DNA of 64,000 nt, taken from the NCBI GenBank assembly GCA_951406725.2, contig OX597820.1, positions 69,316,001 to 69,380,000 of the forward strand, in the 5' to 3' direction. The DNA comes from Octopus vulgaris. Taxonomy: Eukaryota. Made by a program: the position numbers and the translations under genes. The number at the start of each line of letters is the position of its first letter. Positions within the stretch are counted from its first letter, which is position 1. Below the pieces are notes generated by a model that saw nothing but the letters and a program-made list of their open reading frames with translations, did no database searches and was not told the DNA's origin. Shown here one piece after another: positions 14,034 to 27,341 of this stretch.

Positions 14034-14294
14034 ACATTGAGAGAAATAGTTAACGTGCGTACCCCCTCTCCACATACGATCTCTCTTTCGCACGCACACA
14101 CACACACACACACTCACACACACACACACTCACACACACAAACATATAAGTATAGCTGGCATAGTCTCTTAACGCCTGGTGGAGACGTCGAAGTATCGTG
14201 GTAATATTAACTAGCCATAGGCATTTTAACCCTGACTGAGTTCAGTCCTCTCCGATCTGAAGACACCAGATATCTTCCAAACCGGAAGTACTGA

Positions 14295-14430
14295 ACAGGT
14301 GCTTTATTTATCAACGACGGAGAAGTAAAAGTAAAGTTGACTTCAGCCGGTTTCGAACTTAAAATGCAGAGAGCCGGATGAGATACCGGAAGTTATTTAA
14401 TCCGATGTGTAGCGATTCGGTCAATAAATC
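14295..14430 (-). mobile_element. SINE family A, degenerate
   Basis: aaaagtaaagttgacttcagccggtttcgaact... collinear with the family A reverse complement. Confidence 0.5.
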
Positions 14431-14792
14431 ACTTTCACTGGATTTAATAATTGCTTTTAATTTAGGCAAGTAATTCTCGAAGACAATAACAATGTGTTAA
14501 AGCGGGAAAGAAAGGTCGTTGACCTTATCATTACCATTGTTGGAGTGTTGTAGAGTGATAGTGAAGACAAGAGGGGGGGAGAGAAAGACAGAAAGAGATA
14601 GAGAGAGAGGGTGTTAGGTGGATAAAACGCTAGCTGTGCAGTAACAGGCAAGCAAGTTATACGGTTGAATGCACCAGCATCACATGTTAATTACAGGTGA
14701 TAAATAGAGCACACGAATAGTTATTTCTCCTGACCAAAGGTTGATATGTATGTATGTATGTATGTATGCATGTATGTATATATGTATGTATA

Positions 14793-14860
<68 letters not shown>

Positions 14861-14863
<3 letters not shown>

Positions 14864-14953
14864 GAGGGGTGTATGAAAATTATTGAGCCGCAAAAAATAC
14901 AAAACATTGCTGAAAGGCCTTGAAGGCTCAAAACTTTTCATACACCCCTCGTA
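14861..14953. mobile_element. Tc1/mariner-type MITE, ~93 bp
   Basis: Left acgaggggtgtatgaaaattattgagcc versus reverse complement of right end acgaggggtgtatgaaaagttttgagcc (2 mismatches in 28 bp); TA on both flanks; (TA)CGAGGG termini are typical of mariner elements. Confidence 0.88.
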
Positions 14954-15037
14954 TATATAGATATCGGGTTTATTGCTCGCTGATAAGGGTACACTCGGTT
15001 TGTCGTGGTAAGGGGTACATTTTAGCAGAATATACAT

Positions 15038-15448
15038 TCTTTTATTCGTTTATTCTTTTGATTGTTTCAGTCATTTAACTGCGGCCATGCTGGATTACCG
15101 CCTTTAGTCCAACAAACCGACCCCAGGACTTATCCTTTATAAGCCTAGTACCTATTCTATCGGTCACTTTTGCCGAACCGCTAAGTTACGGGGACGTAAA
15201 CACACCAACATCGGTTGTCAAGCGATGGTGGGGGACAAACACAGACATATACACAAGCACGCACGCACACACACACACACACACACTCACACACACACAC
15301 ACACACACATATACAATGGGCTTCTTCCAGTTTCCGTCTACCATATCCATTCACAAGGCTTTGATTGGCTCGCGGCTATAGTAGTGGGACTGAACCCGAA
15401 ACCATATGTTGGGAAGCAAGCATCTTACCATGCAGCCACTTCTACGCC
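15038..15448 (-). mobile_element. SINE family B, near full length
   Basis: tgtttcagtcatttaactgcggccatgctgg (tail), internal (CA)n, gtgggactgaaccc and cttaccatgcagccact (head); part of the CORE-like block is deleted. Confidence 0.9.
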
Positions 15449-15689
15449 TATGTGTATGTATTTCTTTTATCTTTTACTTATTTCCGTCATTAGACTGCGG
15501 CCATGCTGGGGCACCGCCTTTAAAAAATTTAATTGTTTGCCCAGCCACATGGTTCAGAGTTCAGTCTCATTGCACGGCATCTTGTTCAGTCTAATGACCG
15601 AAATATGTAAAATATAGAAAGATATGTGTGGCATGATATACATACATACACACATATACGCGTGTGTGAAACCCAACCGCTGTGATATG

Positions 15690-16253
15690 TTCCACTTCAG
15701 ATTTCTTAGATGGCCATGTCTATATGTCATGGGAAGAATTCTTGGCAAAAAGAAGAGTAAAACTAGAAATGTGACGAGAAGGAATCGATTCAAATTTAGA
15801 TGTAGTAGAGGAACAGCTGATGCCATTTTATCGTCATACATATCACTGGATATCTAAAAGAGGAAAGAGGGCTTTTATACTTCAGCTTCATTGATTTGAA
15901 ATATCCTTTCGAAGCGAACTGGCGGAACGTTCTCTGGAACAGGATATCTGCAGTAGATATAGATTTCAGTAGAGTTAAAATGGTAGAGGTTCTGTGTAGT
16001 GATAGGAAGTGTGCCGTGCTTATATATAATCAGCTGTCAGGTTTGTTTGAAATAAACGTGGGTCTGAGACAGGGTTGCATTTTAGCACCCACAGTTTTCA
16101 TCAGCTTCCTGGAATTTGTCATGCGATATTAACTGTGCTGTGTTCATATGTGATGAGCTGTCAGATTGTTTTGAAATAAACGTGGGTCTGAGACCGGGTT
16201 GCATGCTAGCACCCACACTTTTCATCAGCTTCTTGGAATTTGTCATGTGATAT
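15690..16253 (+). pseudogene. Decayed non-LTR retrotransposon reverse transcriptase fragment (RTE-like)
   Basis: Frame-broken translation gives FRCSRGTADAIL, LYFSFIDLKYPFE..WRNVLW and FEINVGLRQGCILAPTVFISFLEFVMR, matching non-LTR RT motifs (QxGFRxxRGTxDAI, FIDLxKAFD, GVRQGCxLSPxLF) in the right order. Confidence 0.85.
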
Positions 16254-16419
16254 ATGACTGATACAATATTCCATGAGGATCGCCTCCGCTTTTTATCCTT
16301 CCTGAGACAGTAGAAATACATTTTTTTCTGGCATGAGCCCGAGGCCTCAAAAGCCGATTATTTGGTTTCCAAGGCATGTAAATGATCAAGATCACAACAT
16401 TACGCCTGGTCATTTGTAG

Positions 16420-16620
16420 GTTTAACGGTCAGCAATTTTGAGTGGGTGGAGACACAAAGTTGATTTAGATCGATACCAGGGTCAATTATTTTATCCATCC
16501 CGAAGAGAGGAAAGGCAAAATTGAACGCAGCGGAATTTGAACAGCGAACGTAGAGAACCAGAAGAAATGTCGCTAAGCATTTTGTCCGACATGTTAACCA
16601 TTCTGTCTGCTCACCGCCGT
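16420..16620 (-). mobile_element. SINE family A, older copy
   Basis: gaaaggcaaaattgaacgcagcggaatttgaac..gaacgta...cgctaagcattttgtccgac...gctcaccgcc. Confidence 0.75.
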
Positions 16621-16667
16621 ACTGGGTCGATTTAATTGATTCAGTGAAGAAACCTGTACATATATAG

Positions 16668-16870
16668 TAGACCTCTTAGAAATAGCAACCAATTTTATTT
16701 CAAAGCAGACCATAGTTTTAGAAAATAACACATCAGATACACCTGGACTGGTGTCCTGTGTTATAGACAGAAAAATGAAAAAAAAAAAAAAAAGAAGGAA
16801 TGCTCACAGTTGGAAGCTCTTTGATAAAAGTTGTGTTCGATGAGATCTTAACATGGGCAAAAACGACAGC
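16668..16870 (+). mobile_element. Old dispersed repeat D (probable SINE or LINE tail)
   Basis: tagaaatagcaaccaa...tcaaa start and ggaa..ctttgat....tcga....ct.ac.tggg.aaaac end recur in diverged form at about 10480, 10900-11080, 12030-12100, 20705-20745(-), 25900-25930, 42595-42745, 44810-44880(-), 49660-49710 and 59775-60130(-). Confidence 0.5.
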
Positions 16871-18174
16871 TAAAAGACAACCCGGAATTCATGGTCTGGT
16901 GCCAAAGTTGGAAATCAATAACTAGCACTCAGTCTGCGATGAGCCAACGCGATTCGCTGCATGAAGTTTGTAATTCTCAAGTAACAGGAAAGAGATTAAC
17001 CAAGTAGCGACATGTGCAACTCTTAGCTTTCAATAACTCATATTCTTGCACTCTATTATTCCAAGAGATATCATTCCACTCTACATAACTCTGCATTTAG
17101 ATATACATTTCGCAAATAATATGTGTGTGTCTGTGTGTATATGTATGTGTAAGCGTGCATGCGCGTGTGTGTGTGTGAATGTGCGAGAGTGTGTGTGTGT
17201 GTGTGTGTGTATGTGTGGTATATAAACAAACATGATAGATGACACTGGCTGTTTGGAAACATGTACTTTTCCTGTTTCCCTATTTCATTAAGTACAGACT
17301 ATCAATTTTGGCCACGCTGGAGCACCGTCTATACGGATTAGGAGACACTCGTCTAGCCAGAGAGAAAAAAAAACAAAAACAAAAAACTAACGTACTGGTA
17401 TTCAGGCTGGGAAACCAAGTAACAATAGACAGGCTGGTAGACATAATTGTACTCAGATGGACAGAGCTGTCGTGAAAAGATGACAGTGACGCAAACAGAC
17501 GAATACAAAGGTAGACAGACATCTAAGGAATTCATTTGATGGCCAAACAGAGAAATTGCATCATAGCGGCGGCATGGTCAAAGAGACGAGTACAGACATA
17601 TTGAGTAAACAAACAACCCAGCAAGCAAGACACAGATATACCAGACAGTCAGATAAACAAATACTTAGACAGTCAGACTCACCGAGAGATAGATAGATAG
17701 ATAGAAGCTATTTAGCATATAGAGTGATGTATGTGTTCGTGCGACCGTGCGTGTGTGAACGTATGTGGGTTTCCATATACGTGTCTATAACTACAGCAGA
17801 AATTGTGATGTCATAAAGTAGGGAAATGCAGAAACTACACTAGAATATAATTGAAAAGTATATATATACACACATATATATATATATATATTAAATATGG
17901 GGGGGGTGGTTAGATCACAGGTGATCTAAACAACTAGATCCGCTAGTTAAGTGGTGTGACGGATTACTAGGGCTCCAAGGCTATAGTCGAGACACACACA
18001 CATACACACACACGCACACACAAATAAACACAAACACAAACGCACACACGTATATGCATTTACCTGTCTGCATGCACATATACATGTATAAAAATATATA
18101 TGTATGTATATATATATATAAAGCATTATGCATCTCGACGTATCTGCATTGTTCATGTGTGTTCAATGCTGTAT

Positions 18175-18208
18175 ATCTATCTATTTGTCTATCTATCTAT
18201 CTACCTAT

Positions 18209-18295
<87 letters not shown>

Positions 18296-18306
18296 GCCAT
18301 CTATCC

Positions 18307-18376
<70 letters not shown>

Positions 18377-18392
18377 TTAAATATCTATCTAT
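18175..18392. repeat. (TATC)n / GATA-type tetranucleotide tract
   Basis: Directly visible; similar tracts near 26965, 30927, 37478, 38026, 46151, 53926 and 57343. Confidence 0.95.
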
Positions 18393-18489
18393 CCGTAAAT
18401 ATATATGTGTGTGTACGTTTGCTTGTATTTATGTATACATATATATACATGTATACGAATACACACACACACACGCACATACGTATGTA

Positions 18490-18520
<31 letters not shown>

Positions 18521-18861
18521 ATATATATATAGACAAACTCATGTATAGGACACGCACACATGCTATTTTGAGTCTGTAGCTAGGCTGGTGATTTTTAATG
18601 ATATATTCACTATCACAGTAAATTAACTGCAGTCATGAAATGTTAAAATACAAATACAGCTATATATATGTTGTGTGCATCAGAATTGTGAGGTGTGTCG
18701 CCGAAAATATAGGGTTCAATTGCATTGAACATATATTTAATATGCCCCAGATATGTAATTAGCATGCAGTAAAGATTGCACACCGTTAATTCAACATTGA
18801 CGTCAAGAGTCTGACGTAGTTCAGGCATGTCTGAGTTTTATAACTGTGTGTATATATGTGT

Positions 18862-18908
<47 letters not shown>

Positions 18909-19136
18909 CATACATATCTATATATACATATCTATATATACATATATACACATATACATATATATACATATATATATGTATATACACACATACATATATG
19001 CATATATATATATGTGCATATATATGCATATATATATATACATGTATATATGCATATATGTATGTAGATATATGCACACATATATATAAACATAAATATA
19101 GACATACACATATACGTGTTCGCGTATGTGGGTATC

Positions 19137-19169
<33 letters not shown>

Positions 19170-19171
<2 letters not shown>

Positions 19172-19201
19172 TGGTACATGGAAAGTAAAAGAAACCTGTC
19201 G

Positions 19202-19272
<71 letters not shown>

Positions 19273-19475
19273 GTTTGTATGTCTGTGTGTGTCCACCACC
19301 ATCGCTTGATAACCAATGTTGGTGTATTTATGTTCCCATAACTTAGCAGTTCTGCAGAAGGAATGATAAAATAAGCACTAAGCTTAGAAAGAATAAGTCC
19401 TAGGGTCCATTTGTTCGACTAAAGGCGGTGCTCCAGCAAGGCCGCAGTCAGATGTCAGAAACAACTTAAAGAATG
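19170..19475 (+). mobile_element. SINE family B, 5'-truncated
   Basis: ttggtacatggaaagtaaaagaaacctgtcgta, then (TA)n, then caccatcgcttgataaccaatg...aaggcggtgctccagcaaggccgcagtc. Confidence 0.85.
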
Positions 19476-19564
19476 AAACAATAAAAAAATATACATGTAG
19501 GTATATATATTTATGTATATATACATCTATATACACACACACACACACACATACAGACACACAC

Positions 19565-19618
<54 letters not shown>

Positions 19619-19864
19619 CGAGTGTGAGAGAGAGAGAGAGAGGGACCTGCATTCATATGTGCGTGTGTGTGTCTGCATATATACACGTTGCATAATAGGG
19701 TCAACATTTGCCGTTGTTTTTATATAATTTTACTTTTATGAATCTTACATGAATGTACATACTGAAATATACATATTTACGATCACACACATCTATATGT
19801 ACATCTCTACATAGATACGTTACATATACACTTACATGCATACATACATACATACATACATACA

Positions 19865-19940
<76 letters not shown>

Positions 19941-21624
19941 CACACAGACTGCGGTAGAGATACTAAAGAACAGAGTTAGAGAATGAAAGAAACCGAATGT
20001 TTTGCTATGACGGAATTGCAATTGTGCATATCTATTCCTAGCTCATCTTGCTGCCAGTGTAATGATTCTGTGAACATATTTAAGAAAGATGTCTATTTAT
20101 TTAATATAAAAAGTAAGAAAATGTCGATTTTTGTCTTTTTACCACTCAGTAAAATAAAAATAATCAATTTTGAAATAGAAGAGAAATAAATATTAGGTGG
20201 GAAGGTAGATGTTGCAAATTAATGGGTTAAAAAATTTAAAAAGAAAATACGATTCGATTTTTACGTCTTAATTATCATGGTTTTAAAGATGTTAATTTTT
20301 CTCCTTTCTTCAGTACTTATTGTAGATTGAGTAGCGGAGATGACACGCAAATTAATCTTAATCTCATATTCTATTATAATTCCATTCAGACCTAGGGTGC
20401 TTTATATGAATATTAAATGGGTATCAAGACTTATTTTATTGACTGCACAAATACGAACGACAAAGCTGACCTCGAAATAATTAAACTGTAGCAGTGACGA
20501 GGAAATAGTGAATTACATGTATAATTCGAAAGCCACGTTATAGATTCCAGCAAAATGGAAGGTATATTTGCGCAGAGCAAGATTGAAACGCAGAATATGA
20601 AAGGTCCAAACTAAAACACGGCAATGGAAAATGCTCATATATCCTTCTCAGTATAATTTCATATTTCATCAGTTTATTCTCATCTGCATCGACTCTTTAT
20701 ATCGAACCTATGATCAAAGCATTTCCAGTCGTTACGTTCCTGTCTCCTAAGGAATATGAGAGCAGTACTTTAACTTATGAGTACGGTTTACCTGATACTA
20801 AGCAACTAGTGTATTACTGTTACTAATGTTCTCGACTGTAAACTTATGAATGAAGAAGTTTTGCTGACGACAGAAAACAGGCTCTCAAACCTAGAGCCCT
20901 CAATTTCGGCTCAGCGTTGTTTAAAATCACTTCCATAACTTAAAACAATAGAAATGAGACAAGCTGGAACTTCTCATATAGTCCATCATCTAGCTCGAAA
21001 TTCCAGCTAAATCTTGTTATTACGCACTACCAATCTTTTCCTTTTGATTCTTTTAATAACTTGAATTTTCTTTTTATTAAATCTGCAACATTGGATGACT
21101 TAGTCTGGGACAAAGGACAATACGTCTAGAATGACCAAATAGTCATGGCTAAAATATTTGACCCTAGATTCGCTCTGGCGTATTGGCAGGGTCATTAAAA
21201 ACTAAAGAAAAATGGCTTCTGACATTCAATCCCAACCGTGGTTAAATTTAACAAGGTTAACTCTATTTATTTACTCTGAGAAATCGAGATTTCGATGGGG
21301 TATCCGCTTGAATAAATCTGGTCATTGGCACCCGAGCAAGATACAATCTCTGGACATAAAAACACAGATCAAATAACGCAAGGCATCTCATTCGATGCTC
21401 TCACAATCTCGCACATGCAACACTCTGTAGTATCCAAATTTTGGCTTTATCCTCTAAACTTTAGAGGATATAGCTATTTTCAGCCAGATTTTAACACGGA
21501 ACATATAGTACTGGAACGAATTCCACAACATTTTCTCTCCAACGTTCTAACGATTTCACAAATTCAGCCACCACACTCACCACCTGATATACCTATGTAT
21601 TTGTGCGGGTGTTTTCTGGTGCAG

Positions 21625-21800
21625 CATGGACTAATGGTTAAGAAAATCACTTGGAAATTACGAATCCCTTGGTCCGATCCCATTGCTGTTCGTAATGTGC
21701 AGAAGTGTCATGGCAGTGTTGTTAAGAAACTGGCTTTACAACACGTAGTCTTCTGGTTCAGTCCCCTTGCGCAGTTTACTGGCCGAGTACTGAATCTTGA
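21625..21800 (+). mobile_element. Two degenerate tRNA-like SINE heads (family B-like)
   Basis: tggactaatggttaagaa...ggtccgatccc and tggcagtgttgttaagaa...ggttcagtccc. Confidence 0.45.
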
Positions 21801-23199
21801 AAAGGGCTTATAGAGTACATTCACTTCTGGAATATAATTCTCATTGGCGCTTCCCTTGAGCTATTGAGACAAGTACCATATGACTTTGATCACTGTTAAT
21901 TCGATTCTATACATATTCTTCTTGTAGAACAAAAAAAAACCCACACATTTCATAAGACAAACATAAACATTCTTAAACAGTCAATGACCATCTTTGTAAG
22001 CAATTCTTCCATTTATTTATAAACATATATATCCTGTCTTTTCCCATTCAAGCTGTCTTTTAAATTTGGGTTGGCGTCATTCTTACAATAGTTTAGGTTT
22101 CCATTGTATTCCACCCGTTCTACCTCACCATTTTAAACCCACCTCTGTCTGCCTCTACCGACTCTCTCTTTCTCTGTCTCTCCCCTCTCTCTCTCTCTTT
22201 CATACGCACACACACACACACACACACAATTTCTGTCTCTCACTCTTTCTGTTCGGTACATGCGTTGCAAGACAGGTGGGAAAAACGTCAGGATATGTAT
22301 GTATGTAGGTGTGTGTATATGTGTGTATGTGAAAAGAAATATCTGTGTGTATAGATGGAGAGAGAGAGAGCGCGAGAGAGAGCGAGAGAGAAAGAAAGAA
22401 CGATAGTGAAATATTAGGGAGATTACTCACTCTAAAGAGTATAATGTGAAAACTATGTATCATTAGTTAATTTTATATATGCGAAGATTCTATATATAAG
22501 CACTTGCTATATATATTGATATATATATATATACACATACACACACATATATGCATATACATTTATATATATATAATATGTATGTAATACACATCTGTGT
22601 GTTTGTGTATTGTATACATAAATATGCATCTGTATATGTGTATGTGGTGGTGGGGGGGTTAACGTGTATTTATGCATTAGTTTATATTCACTTGCATATA
22701 TACATACATACACTCACTCACACACACAAACACACATATATATTTATATATACACAGCCAGACACACATACCTTCATATATTTGTGAGTATACCTCTATA
22801 TTCAAAACACGGATTCAACGAGTATGTATGCAAATGACATATATATATATATACATAATGTTTATACATACATGCATTAAAAGCAAATCACATATATATA
22901 TGTTATTTTGCATGTACACATATGTATGCATGTATGTGTATCTTTTCCTAGGTATATGTATACATTTCATTCATATGTGAATTACCTACATGTTCTATAA
23001 CATTTTCTTTCTCTCTTTACATTTCATTTCATTTCAAACCTGCTACCAAACTCTTCATTATTCTCATTCACTGAATTCTTTTAATGGGACTTAAAGAAAA
23101 TCTACCCAGTCTACAGTTATATTTTATTCTATCTCATTGCTTCTATTCTTCTCTCCTTTATTCCTCTCAAATGCTGAGGTTTTCAGAAAAAAAATCTAC

Positions 23200-23247
<48 letters not shown>

Positions 23248-23621
23248 TGCTCCCTTATATATTTATTCCTAGAAGCTTTTTTTTTTCCATTTTTCATTAC
23301 CGATATAATTTTTTTTTATTAATTTTATGTATATTTATTTTTTCATATTTGTTAAAAATATAAAAGCAAGATGACCTTTTCTTCGAATTCTTGGCATTTT
23401 TATTTCTTTCTGCTCACTTCATCTGGTGTCCTGCCATATCAGTTTTATTTCCACATATATCCTATCCAACTATCATTTTTTTCTATCTCTCTCTCTCTCG
23501 CACTAACTTTCTTTCTTTCTCTTTATCTCTTACTATATATATATATATATATGATGTATGTATCTATGTACCTATGGATGTATTTGCACATATTTAAGTA
23601 TATATTTAAAAATACATACAT

Positions 23622-23668
<47 letters not shown>

Positions 23669-24144
23669 GTATATACATATTTATATCTATATCTATCTAT
23701 CCATATATATATGTATATTATTACCCATATATATTTATGAGTATGTTGCGCGTGTGCATTTGCGTAAACATCAATATGAGGCTGAGTGTGTGCATGTGTG
23801 TGTGTGTTTATGTGTATGTATGTGTGTATGTGTCAGTCTGGGTGTACATGTGTATGTATTACTGTATTTATCTAAGAATGATACATGCAATATAACAATG
23901 CTTGCATGATATGTAAAATATACAATATATGAATCATATATCACTAAAATATATAAATGCAAGATCCTTAGCACACCTATGTACATGCACGTATGCATAT
24001 ATATAAAGATATACGTGTATTTTAGTTTCTCTGTTTGTGTGTATGTGTGTGAGTGTGTATGCATCTGTACTTGAATCATGCATACAATTATTCGCACTTG
24101 CATGCACGTACGTATATATGTGTGTGTGCTTCCATGTGAGAATG

Positions 24145-24295
24145 TATGTGTTTGTTCCTCCATGACCACTCGACAACCGGTGTTGGTGTGTTTACGACCT
24201 CATAACTTAGTGGTTCGGCAAAGGAGCGTGATAGAATTAGTACCAGATTTCCAAAGAGAAGTCCTGGGGCCAATTTGTTCGACTAAAACCCTTGA
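24145..24295 (+). mobile_element. SINE family B, 3' module only
   Basis: gacaaccggtgttggtgtgtttacg..cataacttagtggttcggcaaa...gtcctgggg...ttgttcgactaaa. Confidence 0.8.
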
Positions 24296-24649
24296 GTGCA
24301 GTGATTACTTGTTTTTCAGTGATTACTTGTATTCCCGGTTATATATGATATATATATGACAATATATATATATATATATATATATATCAGGCAAAGAATA
24401 CGACAAACAAACACGTATCTTGCAAATCCAATCAGTAAGCAGAACAATTGAAATACGCATGACTTTTCATAAGTCCAACAAGTGATGCCTATCGCTGTTA
24501 CTGTCTTAATCCCAATGTAGGCTCATAATTTGTTTGTCATGAACCAGCTCATTCTATATAGGAAGAATTCAAGCTCAATTTAAAATAGAAACAAACATAT
24601 GTTTACTTAAACGCACCTATGCATTCATGCATTCGTAAATACGTTAATA

Positions 24650-24970
24650 TCTCTTATATAAAATCCGTTCTCTCTGTCTGTGTGTGTATCTTCTACGATC
24701 TCGGGCATCCTCCATCCGATTGCGCTCAAATTTGATATGTAGATACCGACGGTATCAGGGCGTGTATAAGTCTTGAAAAACATTACAAAAATCGATTCCA
24801 AGTGAGAATGCGATCAATAAAGTCGTGGGAATGTGCATTTGTACACGCAAGTACATCAGTTGTTGCGATCGATACTACGCGTACGCGAGAAAAATGCACG
24901 TGCAGTTTGCGCAAAAAAAAAAAACCGGCTGGCTTGAAATAATGCCACAAAATGGGACGGTCGGACAAGT
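24650..24970 (+). mobile_element. Putative non-autonomous Helitron-like element, 5' part
   Basis: Starts A|TC, then tcttatataaaa, a short (tgtc/tg)n and ccgattgcgctcaaatttg, the layout of invertebrate non-autonomous Helitron 5' ends; CpG-rich versus flanks. No CTRR 3' end identified, so the end coordinate is a guess. Confidence 0.5.
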
Positions 24971-25291
24971 TGTTTTGAGAAAATTTGTTTAAATGTTTGA
25001 CAACTCAGTACCGTCCATTGGACTGGGGGCGTTTTGTATATACATATATTTAAAGAAACAGAAATATGTAAATGCATGTGAAGCTCATGCCACAGTAACT
25101 TAGATTGGGACGTTACGTATTGTACCCAAATTGATGAAACAAGTTGATGATCCTTGTAGAATACTAAAATCAATCTCAGAACTATTACTTATCTCTTACT
25201 TGATTCTGCTGTTGGACTGGAACCATGCTGGAACACCACCTTAAAGGACGGTCTGTATTTGTCTGCTTGACCCTTCTCTCTCCCTCTTTCT

Positions 25292-25347
<56 letters not shown>

Positions 25348-26469
25348 GCATACATACATACATACACACACTCAGATTTATGTAGAGTTCATTTTCCTCT
25401 TTTTTTCCCAACGTCCCCTTTTTCACTTTGATATCGTACTCGAATATCTCTTTTCTTTCTTACACGTACCCCATTTCGTTTCTGTCTTTATTATTCCCGT
25501 TCTTATTTTTCATACTCTATACATTTCTTATTATCTTACATATTACATCTATAATTTCTCGTCACATATGAAGAGCTACATCATTCTTTATTCAATTGTA
25601 CTTCTTCTTCAAAGATTTCTTTATTCAGTTCCTTTTCTCTTTTTTCGCATTTTTCATCATCTTCTCACATCCTGTCACGCCGATTTAAAGTTAAGGTATA
25701 CACATGTCTGTCAAATACCGAACCGTTTTCCACGTTAATTTCACGTGTAGGTATTCGTTTGGTTGAGCAACCAACTGACTACTCTTCGTCGACACTGACG
25801 GATAGCTACAATCACTACCATCACCACCACCGCCGCCACCATCACCACCACCACCACCACCAGCATTACCACCTCCGCCACAATATATGTGCATCTATGT
25901 TCGGTCAAGGTTGACCTGAAGCTAAACAACATCTGACTACTGTGTATCTATTTACAGAAATATCTGAAAATAATCTTGCAGTATTGTTTTGTTGTGTATG
26001 TCGACTGGCACCGAGATGAAAGACGTATGTAAGAGTAATGACGATAATAATATATAATGAAGACATTGGTGAGTTGGAAGTATAAAAGAAAACAAAACAA
26101 GTATAAAAAGATGAAGGATGTGAAGAGGAGTAGTGGTGGAGGAGGAGATTGGAGGGGCGGTGATAAGAGTATAACAGCTTGACAGAGAGAGAGAGAGAGA
26201 GGTGTTCTTGTTGACCAATATACCAGAAGAAGAAAAAGAAGGTGAAATATAATTGTTTTCAGGTCATCTACGGTGATGATAAAGATGATGTTGATGATGA
26301 TGATGAGAGGATGGGTAAAAGGAACAGTAGAGGAGGAGGAGGAGGAGAAGTAGGGTATAAATGCTGAGGAGTAGGAGAGCAAAAGCATTAGGATTAAGAT
26401 CGGGATAATTGTATGGATTACAACATTGACGATTGTGATACATTGTGTTTTGTTGCTGTTATTTTTTAA

Positions 26470-26555
26470 GAAGACGACGACGATGATGATGACGACAACG
26501 ACGATGATGATGATGATGCTGCTGCTTCTGCTGTTGATGTGGAAGAGGATAATGG

Positions 26556-26607
<52 letters not shown>

Positions 26608-26760
26608 AGTGATGGGGGAGGCTCAGGAGGTGACGTTGTTGATGACAACTACTGAGATTAGTGCATTGAACGTGGTGTTGTTTTCTCGCATTGTCATCAT
26701 CTTCATCAATTATCATTCATCATCATCATCATCATCATCATTGCCAACAGCACCAGCAAC
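26470..26760. repeat. (GAT)n/(CAT)n/(GCT)n compound trinucleotide region
   Basis: Directly visible; source of poly-M, poly-S and poly-H pseudo-ORFs. Confidence 0.9.
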
Positions 26761-26963
26761 CGCAGTATCAGCACGATTATGGTCGTCGTTAGCAAGAATA
26801 GTTATCACAATCACCATGACAACCATAATTATTAAATCACAATCACCTCTTGTTGCTATTCTAGTTCATGGTATTGGTATAACGGCTGCTGGTGCAGCTG
26901 CTTCGGAGTGTGTCTATATTTATAGACACAAATATGTCTAGGTGCTTGTCTGTACACATCTAC

Positions 26964-27037
<74 letters not shown>

Positions 27038-27060
27038 ATATCTATCTATCTATCTATCTC

Positions 27061-27155
<95 letters not shown>

Positions 27156-27298
27156 CCATGTAGCTTTTATATGTACAGGTAGGTATCTATGTACATGTAT
27201 ATCTACGTATGTATGTATGTATGTATCTATCTATCTATCTATCTGTCAGGTATCCCTCCACACACATATATATATGCGTATGTGTTTTTAAGCATGAA

Positions 27299-27341
<43 letters not shown>

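Noticed and set aside
21325-21813. 162-aa non-repetitive-looking ORF
   Set aside because: Non-ATG start, no recognisable motif, and its 3' third overlaps degenerate SINE heads.
26426-26941. 171-aa poly-M/poly-S ORF
   Set aside because: Degenerate GAT/CAT repeats, open in multiple frames, no domain.
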